A stretch of DNA of 59,028 nucleotides, filler included, from Sphacelaria rigidula (GCA_964200075.2; 5 parts of 5 records of this genome joined end to end with filler, not necessarily neighbours in it); one strand, 5' to 3'. Counted from the first letter of the whole stretch, positions 13,381-27,350 are shown. A program made the numbers and translations. The notes: generated by a model from the letters alone, not told the origin.

Positions 13381-14823
13381 ATGATGTGCGCACCGGTAAC
13401 AAAATGATTTACGCTATCAAGATCGAGAGCGTATTGACTCCTTAACCACAAGAATCGTTCAAAACTTCAGAAATCAACGCCATGAAAACCCTTCCTGGGA
13501 CACAACTTGGTGCTGCGACTGCAGATTAATCATTATTCATGATGCTGCGTGCGCTGAAATCGGCAAGATAAGACTCTCAAGCAGAGTGGCAGCCTACCCG
13601 GCCTACTCAAAATCAAACTTGGAAGCTGTCGGAAAATAAAAAAAAGCGTTTTACAGCAGCAACAACTCTGTCAGACGGGCATAAACGAAATGGCAACAGA
13701 TTGAAAACGAACCGTCGCGCTCGGTACGAGCACACTTAACATCGTGAGGAATGCAATCAGGGCCCCTCGAAAAGCAATATGCCGCGTCATTGGGCGGGGT
13801 ACTCCGGGCGCTTATAAACGGGCTTCATTTTTCATCCATTTTGCATCGAAATCATCCATTTTCACCCACTTCCATCCACCTCCGTCCAAAAGGAAACGGA
13901 ATAGACAAAAAATATGGATGGCAATGAATGAAACTTGATGAAAAGTACAGAGAATGAAAACCGTTAGTAAGGATTTATAACTTACGGCGAGCAGCATCCC
14001 CCCGCCTCCCCGCATTTGACCGTTCTACCGCAGCAGTAATGGTGCTGGCAGCTGGGTTGTAAAGGTCCCAACACGGGTCGCCCACACCGCGCCCTGCGGA
14101 CGAACGAACAAGCGCCAAGCCCATCCTCACCTCCAGTGTGGGCACAGGATGCTGACAGGTACGTCGCAAGATACTACTGCCAGAAGCGTTAGGTAGTCCA
14201 CGACCACGGATAACAACGTTTTCGTGAGATTGAGAGTAGAGCGCGGATTGAGAATGGCTTTGATCATTCGCTCAAACTTGGCTATTTTTTCATCTCATGT
14301 GTGTTTTCCTTTGCCTCTACCACTGTCGTGTGCTTACAGCTAGCTACACATGTATATCTGACTCAGGGATATCGAGGGCCTCAGTGGCATGCTATACTAC
14401 AGAAAGAATGTCGAGCCTCGTGAAAGGGCATTTCGGAACTAGAACGGTTCATTCACGAATTGACCGCTTTTTACTCTCAATCGTATCCTCTACTCTCAAT
14501 ATCACGAAAACAACGTTGGATTTAGAAGTCGGCACTACGTGACACTGAATGATACTAGCTGCAGGATAACACTTTTTGATTGGGTGGCACGACACGAAAA
14601 GGTGCATAAACTCATGGTGTCGGCTCTTGCACGCGAGTAATCTGGACCGAAAATTAACCCATAGGAAACTCCAACAACTGTTCATCCGCAAGTCAGAAAT
14701 TCCCCCGCTCCCACACAAAACCTCTGAACATATTTCCTTTGACTTGATGTTGTTCGCACCGTTCGGTCTATTCTTAATTCAAGGTCAGAAATATACAATA
14801 ATGACCGCTGAAGATCTGCATCA

Positions 14824-14986
14824 GGATGCTGGCGTGAATGCTGCGTGTATGTTATATGTCAAGCACGGATTCAGGACGACTGGTCGGGGTACACCCTGCG
14901 TTGAGGTATTTCCAGAGAAGAAGCAGAACTTGCCCGGAGAGTTGAAGTTACACATGGTGTATGTGCTCGACAACTACAAGACTTGA
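14824..14986 (+). pseudogene. Exon-like fragment with GNAT acetyltransferase C-terminal motif
   Basis: (LHQ)DAGVNAACMLYVKHGF matches GNAT motif B 'N..A..LY.K.GF'. Neighbouring exon-like blocks contain stops. Confidence 0.35.
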
Positions 14987-17106
14987 CAACAACGCTCCGA
15001 GGGCAGGAGAGGAGGGTACGGGTGTGGTGGCAGCACAGCTGCAACTCACACACAACGGAGTAGCGTCATCATTTTCGGCGCAGGTGGGTTTACGCGTCGC
15101 GGGTCGATCCCCTCTAACTCAAGGACCATACTCAGCGGGTAGTTCATGTTGAATACTACCCGCCCCGCGTCGTCCTGTGCGGCTGCGGCGGCGGCAACCA
15201 CAGTGTGACAAGATGATTTTCTCGTTGTGGCACCTACCGATTGTGGGCCACTGCAAATTTCCCTTGTTTCATGGCGCCGCGCAGTGGCGCCTAGCACCTG
15301 TTGCCCACAGCAATAGTACGGTCCTTCGGCCCCCTGTGCCCAGCGCCTTGGGATACACTGCCCGGTACAACATGGTCGCTGCAGAGTGATGCCGCGGCGG
15401 CCCTCCCCTAGGACAAGTGGCCGGTTGGCAAACCGTACATATTAGTCAGAATGATCAGAGCCGAGCATACCGAACAGCTGGTGACTCTCACGCTCCGGCT
15501 CGTCCTCGCCAATGTCGTCCATATGACGTACGCTGTGCAGTCTGAAACCAACTATGATGCGCTATATCATGGACGTTTTCTTTGTGACAGTTTTGGGGCT
15601 GTTTTTTTTTTCTGGGGGGGGGGCTATTGGGCATTGTTCTGTACTATCCGTATTATTGTTTTTGTGACCCTGACCTATATCCTTGCGGGGTACGATCCAT
15701 CGTTCGCGCTGTCTTGGATGCACTTTGGGTGGAATGGATCACATATTATCATACATACCGTGTATGAAAACTATCAGACGAAGAAGAAGCATGTAGTTGC
15801 TCAGTGATTCGGTCGCTTGTTGGACTCTGCAGCCAGTTAAATAGGTGCTTCGAGCGTGTTGTCGCCAAAGAGTCTGGCTGGTGCTACACGCTGAATTGCT
15901 CTGGCTGGTTCTGTGCTCATGTTTCTCAAGCCCATATATTACTGTACGTGCATTACCATGGCTGCACGTACAGCATACAGGCTGCCTTGTTTTCTTTGGG
16001 GTATCACACTATAGGCTGCTATTATTCTGCATCACTTCGCAAATTTTGGCGAAGACGGAATGAGTGTGCAATGTCGTACGCCCTGATCCAAGTAGACAGG
16101 CATGAAAGGCCACACATGGCGCGCGGGGTCGGGTCTAACGACGACATACGATATTCCGTAGTACAAGGATAGGCGGCCCTGTCCTCCACGATAGGCGTGG
16201 AAAGAAGTGAAGTTGTTTTGGGAGAAGATGGTAAAATAAAAGCCTCCTACCACGAGGTTGAGCCAGAGTTTGGATGAGTGTATCAATTATAGAACTGTGT
16301 TATATGTGATAAGTAGAAGATGGAACATCCGGTACGGGTGTGACTTGATTGGTATTACGGAACGCGTACGATGAGAGCGCGGAATGGTGGATGAAACACA
16401 TTGATTTGGTCGCACGAAAGTGTGAAGAACGCTCAACACCCGAATGTGCCACGGGGACGCGTCCTGATTGAAAAAAAGCTGAAACACGGAGAAAAAAGTG
16501 AATTCGCTCTCCAAAAGTAGGAGTTTGCCCAGAACTTGTTATTTTGCTCACGAAAGAGCGACATCTCTATTCACAACTAACTGTTGGTTTAAACTGGTCG
16601 GACTGCAGAGTACGCTGCCGGAATTTTCCCGAAAACTCCCGCAAGCATGCGAAGACAACACGTGCTGGTGATGTATTTTTCGCAAGTGTTCGTGATATTG
16701 TATACAGTATGTTCAGGTCAACTGTACCACCTAACACACGAAACCACAAAGGCTGTCAATAGCACAGCTCGGAGGGGTGGGGGGGGGGCTAGAAAAACCG
16801 CTCTGGGCACACAGACGCGTGGCGTGTGTTTTGTACTGTCTTCGATATGTTACGTGTGAGTACAAAATTTGAAACTTCGTTTACTGCGGATTTGGCTCTT
16901 GAGTGGTGCGAGATCTGTACGCTCCCATGTTGCCTATCCGAAGGGGCCGCGCCACCGAAGAGTCGCGCCCCATGAAATGACAATTGGGAAACAACATACG
17001 AGGCAGAACTCGGGGTGGTCGTTGCTGGGTTACAGGATGGTGGTGGTGACCTGGCAGCTGTCCTTGTCGCCGTAGATACGGTGGTCACAATATGCGCGTA
17101 ATAAGA

Positions 17107-17588
17107 ATACGCGGAGCCCTGATGATGGTCCTGACACTTTGATTCTGAACGTAAATTTCAACTTTGCAGTCACACACGATGAACACAGGAGGTAGACACC
17201 AGAACGTAACAAGATCGTCTCTGTTTCCTTCAGGCTAGAATTGTCTGTGGATCATGTCGCTGTATATGTGTGGCTGTGCTGCGCAAAACACATGATAACA
17301 CAAGGTAGATCAGGTGGTGCAATGCTTTTCAATCACCGTTCACCTTAGACGAGCGCAGTAAGGTTCCACGCTGACCCAAGCTGTCAGTGCCTAAATATGC
17401 ACGTAATTGACCATACGCGGAGCGCATGTTGTGGTGGTTCTGACCCTTTGATTCTGAAAAACGGAAACTACAATCTTACATGCATACACGACGAAGACAA
17501 AAGACACCAAAACGCAAGAAAAGCGTTGATGTTTCCTTCAGGCTGGAGTTTTCTTTGGACCATACGTGGCTGTATATGTGCAACACAC
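17107..17588. repeat. Diverged direct duplication, ~180-bp unit, ~306-bp period
   Basis: ATACGCGGAGC...CTTTGATTCTGAA...TGTTTCCTTCAGGCT.GA.TT.TCT.TGGA.CAT occurs at 17107 and 17413. Confidence 0.8.
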
Positions 17589-20253
17589 TGACGAAGAAGC
17601 CACAAAACGTCCAAGCGGTAACGCGATTCTTTGTTTTTACAACACAGGTTCTGCCTCGTGTAAGCGCGACATATGCGTGCGTCATATCAAAATAATTTTA
17701 ATCAACAACAATGATAGACGCTGTGTTTTTTGTTGCCTGGTTACAGCCTTCTGCACGGCGCTTTTTTCGTCGGCCTTTCTGTGTCTCTTGGATTCGATTT
17801 CCCGGGGTTCGGGGTTCGGTGAATTTCACAGCCGGTTTGCCGCGGTTCGGTGAATTTTGGAGCCGAGTTTTATTTTCTCTGTCCTGGCGTCTATGTTTCG
17901 GTAAATTGCGGAGTTTATTGCGGGATCGTGCGTCCAGGATCATATCACGATTCTTTCTTTTTGTATCTTTGCCCGATGGAGTATTCAGCGACGCGGCCAT
18001 ATATAACCTGTTCCCATGTATGTTGGCTGCCATATATTTCTTCAATTGCTTAAGTTGTATTTGCAAGGTTCGGTGAATTTCGGAGCGGCTCAATTTTTTG
18101 TCTCTTTCCGCCAGGCTGTCTTTCAGTTGAAAATTGGCTGACTCTATTCCGGGTTAGTACATTCATGGGCCGATAACGATGATAGCTTCTCTTCGTCTCT
18201 TTGCCCCGGTCGAGAATGTAGTCACGCTGCCATGAACACCTATTATTATATTGTAGACTATTACTCGCACGATGTTTCTTCAGAAACAACCGGGCTTTCG
18301 GGGCTGTTTTTCATCAAGGATTTTCCTCTGACTCCACTGAAGACACTTACTCCCTGGCTTGGGGAAATTTTAAAACATGAACAATTTTTTTTTTCGTTTC
18401 CCATTGTTCCAACGGTTTTGTAATGCCACAGTGTTTCGTTCGAAAGGGTAAGAACAATGCGCGAACGAACGCATCACACATCGTGCGTACGCGTGCGCGT
18501 GTGCTTTCATATTTCAACCTTTTCACCACTTTCGAGACCATGAAGATTGTTGCTCCTGTTTCTCTGTCCAAGCTTTCCAAAGTTACCCCCAACGAAAGCA
18601 AGCCCAACCAGTCCTCTGAGTTTCGGGGTTCTATCAAGCCGCGCGCTATCGTTGAGAACGGGAACCCCGACTGGCCGTGTCCTTCTCCTGGCTGCCCCGG
18701 CCACATCAGGATCTTCAAAAAGAGGGAGGGCGGGGAGTTTGGCTCCTGTACTCTCAGGCACTGACGGCTTGGGTCGAAGGTCGAATCTCGCCCCCGTCGA
18801 AGGTGAACGAGAATGGAAAGTCATTGCACCATCTCATCAAGCTTTCGAGATTGAAAAATGTCGCAGATTGACGTAGAACTGAAGGGGGTTTGTGAAGTAT
18901 GCTGTTTTGAGAGCAAGTCTAATTGTCCCGCTTGCAAGGGAGTATTCACACGTAGTCTTAGTTAGAGATATATGCCTCCATTAGCTTGAAGCAGAGGGGG
19001 CGGAGACGCACACGCGAGGCCCATGGCGCGCTTTCATCGAAAGCGCTTGTGTTACGTTCGTGTGGTTTGCTGCGAGCCTTTTGTAAGTTATGAATCGCGG
19101 GAGTGCTCTTAGGTTGGAATCCCGTGGCGTGATTTGGTGACGCTAGGTGCGTAGGAGCTTGGGATAGCGCAGCTTTGGATAGCGGTTTCTCGCGTGTGAT
19201 GCACGAGTGCGATTCCGTTGTATACTACTGCTCGATAGTACTGTTAATAAGACAACAGTGGTGGCAAACGTGTCCCAGCAAAGTGCCGTTGTGTGTTGTG
19301 CGATAGAACAGATTGAACGCGGTCAACATCAATGCACTCACTCACTTAATAAATATTTCGATAACCTAATATCGTATTACTTAATAAAAACACTCATGAA
19401 ACCCTGTTTTTAAGCCCCGGTCCATTTGTCTGGTGCCTGTACTTACTACTTCCTTGTCTGTCTTATACTTGTGTATGGGGGACTGTTGGATATCCTTTCC
19501 CTGAGCGTAGGTTGAATATACACCTCTGACATCTGTCAGTGTCATTCAAGAAGCCACATTTATGCGCGGCCCATCATCACAGAGTAGCACTGGAGTACAG
19601 AACGCCTTTCCGACAAGTAGTAGAGTAGACGGTGCTCTGATCGGCAGTGGCTGAGAAATAAAAAATCGGTGACTACTATGCACATCCAACGACGATAACA
19701 TTAATTTGCTGCATGGCACAGGTACAAGATTCCATGTTCGGATGACTTGTCTCCGTACTTACATTGTGCGCCCCATCGAACATGTCAAAAAGGCCTTTTC
19801 TTTTTCTGGCCCTTGATGGAGGTGGCTCTGCCTCGGTCGTGGTCTACCCCCACGCAAGGTGGAAATCATAGCACGTTAAACCTGAGACTTGCCTTAGACC
19901 CTGGATTAGATGCCATCTAATTATTTGGAGTGGGTGTTATCATAAGCTTGACTCATAGCTATTGGTTTTGTAGTATATTGTGTTTGCGTTTGTCAAATAA
20001 GGCATAAAACACCTTATCAGGCAACCCCTCTTCGAAAAGGGGCTTTAAGGCAAAACGTAAAACCCCAGTATCCCGACTAATCGGAGTTGGCGTCGTCATT
20101 CGTGTGCCTTACTTCCATTCTTTGTTGTAGTATATGTGTTTGCCTCGCCCAGACAAGGCATCTGAGGCGCCACAACCCCCTCTCAGGCAACCCCTTATTA
20201 AAAAAGGCTTCAAGGCAAAAAGTAAGGCATGCCTTAGAAGTCAGGGCCCAGTT

Positions 20254-20539
20254 GGACCCCTCCCCTTGCTCGGGACGAATCCGTGGTCTCAAGGGATCAC
20301 GCCGTATCTCCAGGGTACGCGCCTTACATTTTGGTCTCGCGGGTTGGGTCAGCCCTACCGCACAGAGTCGACTCACGTCAAACAAACTCGCTTAACTCCT
20401 TCGTTTGCTCACGTTCTCACGCTTTTCACGGTGGAATTCGGATACTACGAAAAAACACCCAACGCATCCGGAATCGAATCGAACCCTCGTTCTCTCCACC
20501 ATAATGGCGACAGTCGGACCATTGCACCACCGGGCCGCG
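20254..20539 (-). mobile_element. tRNA-derived SINE (family A, copy 1)
   Basis: Minus-strand head with Pol III A box TGGTGCAATGG and B box GGTTCGATTC; body homologous to 53908-54198. Confidence 0.75.
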
Positions 20540-23270
20540 GCGGCGGTATAAACTGATCAGTATTGATGTTGCACGAACACCATTTACGTATTTCATACGG
20601 TACATAGGAACGACGATAATTTACGCCGCACCAAAATCGAGCAGTTTTTGGCGTTGCAATGAAGTCGTATTACGAAGTACTAGTTTCGATGCAACACTTC
20701 AACCAGTCAGTGCTAGACATGAAATGCGAACTATCAGTGAATAAACCTATGTAACAACAGACACACGGTATTCGCGGAAAGGCGGGGGTGAAGGGGGTAT
20801 ATCCGCCCCCCCCCCCGAAACCGTCACATACCAACTTACGAGGGGAATGCGTGCATACATGGCGATCTTCGGACAAATCTGAACACACCGAGGATGATCA
20901 GGTGTTATGTTTACTTGGTATCTTCTATGTATGTGGAGCGAAAATTGATCGCAATTGTAGTATTGTCCGCCACAGCTTTGTGGGACGACGTGCCACGTGC
21001 TGGGCACGCGATCATAGCTTTCAGCTTGTGGCTCGACGTGGTGCTCTGCGCTATCTCTGATTGCTTGTTGCGTTACTTTGCATGCAGCAGAGGGTAATAG
21101 GACGGAAATTCTCATGGGCTTGCGTTTCGAAGTCTTGCCGAGCAACATTCAGAAGGAGCAACGTAAACATCGAACTTTTCGTGATTTTTCGAGAACCCTA
21201 CCGATGCCTCTTCCCCCCCCCCCCCACCCCCCATTGGGTTCGCGTCGGTTGGCAACGACGCTGTAAGTCGCGCCACTAACTGCGTAAGCTAGGCAACCAG
21301 GTTTCCGTTTTTGTCCACGCTTGCGTTTTTTTCTGCGGTAACCACGATGACGTGGTGGTGGTTGAGCTAGATCATATTGTGCGGGGTAGGAGAGCCTCGA
21401 TCTTACGCGAAGGGAATAATCATACTACGTAGTGTTTCAATGGTGAGACACCCATGAGTCAGTGCGTAGCCCGAAGCAGTCTCTGGAAGGGGCGACACCA
21501 GAAAATGAAGCAACCCATTGTAGGCTGTCTGCCATCCATATGCAAAATAATCAGTACGCTTAGGACGGAACAACCTTGGCAGCATGTAGCTCACTCTCCG
21601 TGCAACTCGCGGAATACACATCACGGCGCTTCGCGGTTGGTGGTTGATGGGCGAGTCTGGTCCGGCGAAAACCCGGCGTCCCGGCTTTGTAGGGATGCAA
21701 GGTCGATTGCCATGTGACTACGGCATGCATGGTCATGAATGCACCCCCCGCCCCTCCCCGTCCCTGCATTTTGTTAGCTAACTCCAGCCTTTAGCATAGT
21801 AACCCCTTGTACAGTAACTTAGTTCCTGTTTCAGTGTAAGGAAACAGGAGTAGGTGTTGATTAATACTCCGTCGTATATGAATCTCGGAGGGAGAATGTC
21901 TGGGCTCTCTTCCTCACAGAGTGTCTTTCCTGCACTTCACATCATGAGGCTTGAAACGGTGCAAGACATCTCGCCGAGTTGAAGGTCAGCAAAAAGCACT
22001 GCACTAGTCGTTCTGATCTGACGAAAGCGTAGAGGTGTAGCGCGTTGCAGCCGCCGTCGACCGCGATTACCAGCCAGCCTTCAAGTGCGCCAGGGTGTTG
22101 CAGCCTCCCGGGTGCAGCACGCATGGCACGCGCACGACAGGCCTGTGTGATTTACTGGAACACCTTCGTTTTCGGTAAGGATCGACCCGAGGAAGTGCGG
22201 TCGCTCGGTTGCGGCCAGCCAACTCACGCACACCCAATGTAACGTCTGTAGCTTACGAACACTTCCCTTAGTAAGCCCTTCCCTGCCCACCCTGTCGGTG
22301 CTCGTTTGACGTTGAATACCTATGACAATTCTGTTCTCCCTATAGGTCAGTCGTGGCCGTCTCTCACTTCACCCGCGGGTTACCCGGAAACATTATGAAC
22401 AAGTCCTTGGCTGCAGCAAGCAGCAGTAGATTGCCTCCACCCCCCGTATCCTCCCCTTTTTTTTCTGAATCATTTTCGTACGATCGGTTTCCTTCCCCTA
22501 TTCTTGGCCCATTACTACAGCCGAACCGGCCAGCCACAAAAGCACAGCAGCGCCAATTGAACCCAGACAGACGGTAGTGCGCGCCGCCAGCTTCTCCACC
22601 TCCACGCCGATGCCTGTCATGGCCGAGAAGAATAGCACTGCCAGGAGCTGCCATTCCTCGAACCTTTCCTATGTTCGGCGCTCGCCGATTTCGAAGGGTC
22701 CAGCCGACACGAGCGATTTTTCCGAACGGCGTAACTTTCCGGGGATGGCACCTGAGAACGACAGCAGTGAATCCAATAATATTCACCAACAAGGTCAGAC
22801 CTGCGTCAGAGATTGCGTTTTCTCCCAAATAGTCACCTGCATTGCTTCTTCCCGATGTCACCGACAAGCAGTGTTTTCGTTTTATCTGGTCACCTGTGTG
22901 GGTGAAAAAGCACGGGATTTTGCCTTTTTCGATGTAGTTCATCTCCGGAGATTTTCCAATCAATCACCGTGTTTACGTTCCTCGCACCGATATTCTGTGC
23001 TCCAGGGATAGGGAAGCGCCTGAAGGAGCATACTTACCTTCTTCTTCTGAAAAGACTCTGTCGTACCCGTCAGCCGCCAGAAGTCGAACATTTCTTTGTC
23101 GAATTGTTCGTTTCGACAACAGGTTGTGCGGTATGTTGCGGTATGTGCTTTTTTTAAAGGTGATTATCGCACATAGTATACCAGTTTTGTACTTGCAAAA
23201 CCAGCGTTTTTTGTTGGGAAAAGGGCGGGCCTAAACTAGTCGTGAAATATGCGCTCTCGTCGTGCCCCAA

Positions 23271-23426
23271 ATGCAGTCAGTCGTGATAGTATTGCTGTGG
23301 TGCAATTGCTGGAGAAGATCCCCGAGAGCGTTTGGCTGCCCAACATGGTGCAACCAAGGCATCGCTGGAAGGCTAATTGTTACTGGATTCTTCTCCTGGC
23401 CGGCTACTTGCTCTACACTCTCATGG
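23271..23426 (+). CDS. Possible isolated exon (..AVVQLLEKIPESVWLPNMVQPRHRWKANCYWILLLAGYLLYTLM), membrane-protein-like
   Basis: aaatgcAG acceptor and ATG|GTGAGG donor flank an open frame with a hydrophobic end; no partner exons identified. Confidence 0.3.
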
Positions 23427-24929
23427 TGAGGACAAGTGTACGTTTTGTTCATATATTCCTACGTGCGAAGGTACGATTGCAGCACGGGCGTCAGGTATAC
23501 TCATAATCATGCATGTCATAGTCGTAAGACCATTGACCTCGCATCCCTACAACGNNNNNNNNNNNNNNNNNNNNNNNNNNNNNNNNNNNNNNNNNNNNTT
23601 AATTAATTAANNNNNNNNNNNNNNNNNNNNNNNNNNNNNNNNNNNNNNNNNNNNGAATGGCGCAAAAGTTGCGTGGGACACCACTTGGACCAGCGGTCAA
23701 CTTTTTCCTTCCTTTCGGGCAATCAGGCAGAAGAAATCGTGAATATGGTCATTTTGAGTCGTGATGATTTGTCCTAACCGTGTGCTGTTCGGGCGGTCTC
23801 GGGTCTACCACTTGGGAAGCTACGTGACGCTACTCGACAAAAAGGGTGGCGTTGATTTGCTGCGAATGGAGTACAGTACTCTCAAATAAGGGGGTATTCG
23901 TAGCTCACCGTTGATGGTGACCAGAACCTGCTTTGGGTCCGTGGAGAGCAGCCCGGTGTCCAGAGCCCAGCAGGACGCCAACTAGCTCCCGTTTCTCCGA
24001 TTCACCCACCTGTTATACGTACGCTACAACCTTCCCGATATATGGTTTACCATCTTCTCAGATGTCTAGCAAACCACCATTGGCTGCTACGATTGGTGGA
24101 AACCTATCGATGCCCGATCTCACCCGTTATCCCGAGCTGGCTTTCGTTGCGCTTAGTGGTCGTCCCTGGAGTTTGCCGCCGCAGGCTCCTCAAGACAAAT
24201 GTACCTTGGGTGTACTTTCGTGCGTCAGGCGATGGCTCTAGCAAAATATTTCCCAAAACAAAACACCATGGATGGGCGGGGCTGTACGCTTGCAACATGA
24301 AAGTAGCGAAAACAAATGGCGAAGATGGCTGTAGAGTAAAATTGCCACGGGGAGTAGAGAGAATATAACTGAAAATGTAAAAAGAGAGGAGAAAAAACGG
24401 CAGAAAATCAAGGGGTATCATACTGCAGACAGGGGGGCAGAAAGAAAAAAAGAAAAAAGAAGAAAGTCGTTGAGTCGGCGAAAGGAGAAAATGACGCAAA
24501 TAGTGCATCGTGGCCTACAAGTGCTAAATGCAGACGACGAGGGAAGGGGATCACCAGTATAGAACAGTTGATAGCGAAAGAGAAAAAATTCAAGAGCAAA
24601 AAATACCAGCAGGAGAGGATATAAACATGGTATGATGCGATACCAACGACCATGGGATGACTCGCGGCATTGCGTAGGCACGTTCAGGGCGACAGGAGCG
24701 AGCAAAATCGAACAGCAAAAGCGGCAGGGGCGGACGGGGGGGTGTAGTATTAGTGCGCGCTCTTCCGATGTTCGTGTGCAATTCCAAAACTTCAAAAATA
24801 AATTAAGACGTAAAAGTAGATAATAATAGAATAGAATAGAATAGAACAAAATAAAATAAAATATGGGTTACTGTGAATGGAAGAGCCAAACGCAACGCTA
24901 CAGTAGAAGCAGGGTGAACAAAACAAAAT

Positions 24930-27350
24930 GGTCAAGGCGTGAGCCACGCATATAATAACTTGTACAATCGGTGTGTCTGCTGCTGCCGATCAACGGCACT
25001 GGTTGCCCCCGATTTCCCGGCGTGAAGGAAACCATGTAGTGACCGTCCTCTGAAGTGTAGTGATGGTCCCATGTAGTGTAGTGATGGTCCCATGTAGTGT
25101 TGTGACGATCCCATGTAATGTTGTGACGATCCCATGTAGTGTTGTGACGATCCCATGTAGTGGCGACACGATGACAATGCAGTGGCGACATGTTGTGGCG
25201 TGGAGCGGAAGCGAATCCATACGACTTGACCCGCGCAATGACTTTTCACAATGCCGCACATCAATCAATAATACTAGGGTCCATTCGTCATTTTCCGGGC
25301 GTTGAAAATGTTTCGCTGCCAGGATGACTCCAGCATAGAAGCTCTGTATGATCGTAAGAAATCTATTCGGACTCACATAGGATGATCCGAACAACTGCTC
25401 GAGCAGTCCTGTTTGGTACAAAGTTACACAGTGCAAACACGCTGCCACAGCACACAGTAAAGTGCAAACACCATGCGATCACGTACCTGGCTAGCATGGC
25501 AGGTACCGCTCCACCAGGTCTAATGGGAGCGTGATATGAAGGACACATCTGAGCCACGCACATTGTATGCGGAGTGCGATCTCCCAATATCTGGCTGTTC
25601 GCAAGCAATCAACAGCCTGTATATATACATACCTCCAGGTGGATTTCATCCCCAACTGCTGGCTATGTGCAATATGCGCACGCATGTTCGCCGGATACCT
25701 TCTCGGGCCACTTCACTTCATTGTCTAGTACGGGACAACAGCACTTACCTGCAGCCTACAAGCACTTCGTACACAGCGTGCCCGCTGTGAGTACTGCATG
25801 GGACACATTGATCGAACGTGTGGTACTGTAAGATCTCGACCTGGAACTTTTTATTTCGAATTTTGAGATTTTGAAAAAACAGTCCTCGTACACGGAAGCA
25901 GGCGCACGTGAAATGATGAATCACAGGACGTACCTGTGCTGTCGTGTTAGCACGGAAGGTGGCAAGCATACGCTGCAGCCAGGTGTCCCAGCTCTGTTCT
26001 GCCCAGCTGATGGTCGTTTTGAATAACCAACAAGCATGTAAGATTGTGGCACCTAAACACGTGATCGTTGCTCAGAAGACCCCACGCTGCACAGAAATCA
26101 CGATTTATGCACTACTGTACACCGTATGAAGACACAACGCGAAACAGTACAGCTCTACAGCGATGCGACTCTGCAGTACTGCTTACATTCTCGATTGATC
26201 ACCATGTCGTGGTCTAATCACGAGGTGATACTGGCGTCACTCTCAAAGAACACGCCCGGCCAGGGGTGACACGAGGTCAGCGGCTGGCCACATTGAATAA
26301 TCGCAGTCGAGAGGAATGACCCTTGAGCTCGTGAGTAACAGACCATCGAGTCCGATAAGCACTGCATCGCAAGGCCAAGCAGGCACTCGCTTTCACGTGC
26401 AGAAGAGATGCTCTTGACTTACTTGCAAGCGAGGTGTCTCCAAGTAGTGGCTGATAGCTCTGTCATTACGCTTAGCTACTGGTTAGCTACAACTGAAGTT
26501 GCTGGGTGATGGAGGTTGTGAGGGCGGTGGGCTCCGGTCAAGGACGCCCGGTTGAAATACACAACACCAACATGCGAATGGAATAAGACCTACTGCACTT
26601 GCCGCGCATACTGCAAAACGCCTACTACATAAACAGTCGATATCCGCCGTAACAGGTGCTCTGGAGCACGTGGGTTTCGAAAACGTCCCTTAGAGGGAAA
26701 TATGAACAGCAGAGGGAAATATGCCTCTAAGGCATTTGTTGCGACTCCGGAGCACATAGCCGTGCAGTATCCTCCAGAGTGTACATTTACACCGGTGCAC
26801 TTGTGTCCTACCTGCTTCCAGGGCACCTTTAGGACCATCACGCCAGATGGATTACCACGACAAAAACCCTGCAGCAACGAACACGAGTTGGGTGCAGGGA
26901 TATAGATACACACTGCAGTAGTTGGGTATGATGTATGTCTTATTGGTGGAACTTCAAACTTGAGCATCTTCTTCCATGGTTGCGGAGTCGTGCGGTGCCG
27001 GCACCATGCGCGGAGTAGGGTGCGGACAATAACCGGCGGTTTACTGCATACATACCCATGGACAGTGCAGGCAGGCAAAGCTGCGCACACTGGTCAAGTC
27101 CTTTTCACGTCGCACTGTAAGCAGAGAACATACATAGTGTCCAGCGCTGTCTGTACTGAACTTTGCCCGCTTCCCCTTCACCTTCAAGTGACTGCAGCGG
27201 GGAGCATGTGAGCATGCTGCTAGAACGGGCGTCGTGAAGTATACTCAGTAGCTGACGGTATATAACACCCCCATGCACCCAAAGTTACAGGCACCCACTT
27301 TGTTTAGCCATACGTGGCGCATATACCGCGCTAACTCTGCAGTATATTGT
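24930..27350 (-). pseudogene. Putative decayed MULE-like transposase exons followed by a Ulp1/C48-like protease remnant
   Basis: Fragments HCPW (donor GTATGT) and GVATNALEAYF, then ...EWTLVLLIDVR...MDSL...QQ..HTDC; degenerate. Confidence 0.35.
25054..25162. repeat. 21-bp minisatellite, ~5 copies
   Basis: AGTGTAGTGATGGTCCCATGT x2, then A(G/A)TGTTGTGACGATCCCATGT x3. Confidence 0.95.

Noticed and set aside
22364-23011. 199-aa and 144-aa overlapping ORFs
   Set aside because: No recognisable motifs; the most protein-like frame contains stops.
25054-25162. CRISPR array or repeat-protein ORF (WDRHNTT)n
   Set aside because: Head-to-tail 21-bp minisatellite with no spacers; the ORFs are by-products of a stop-free unit.
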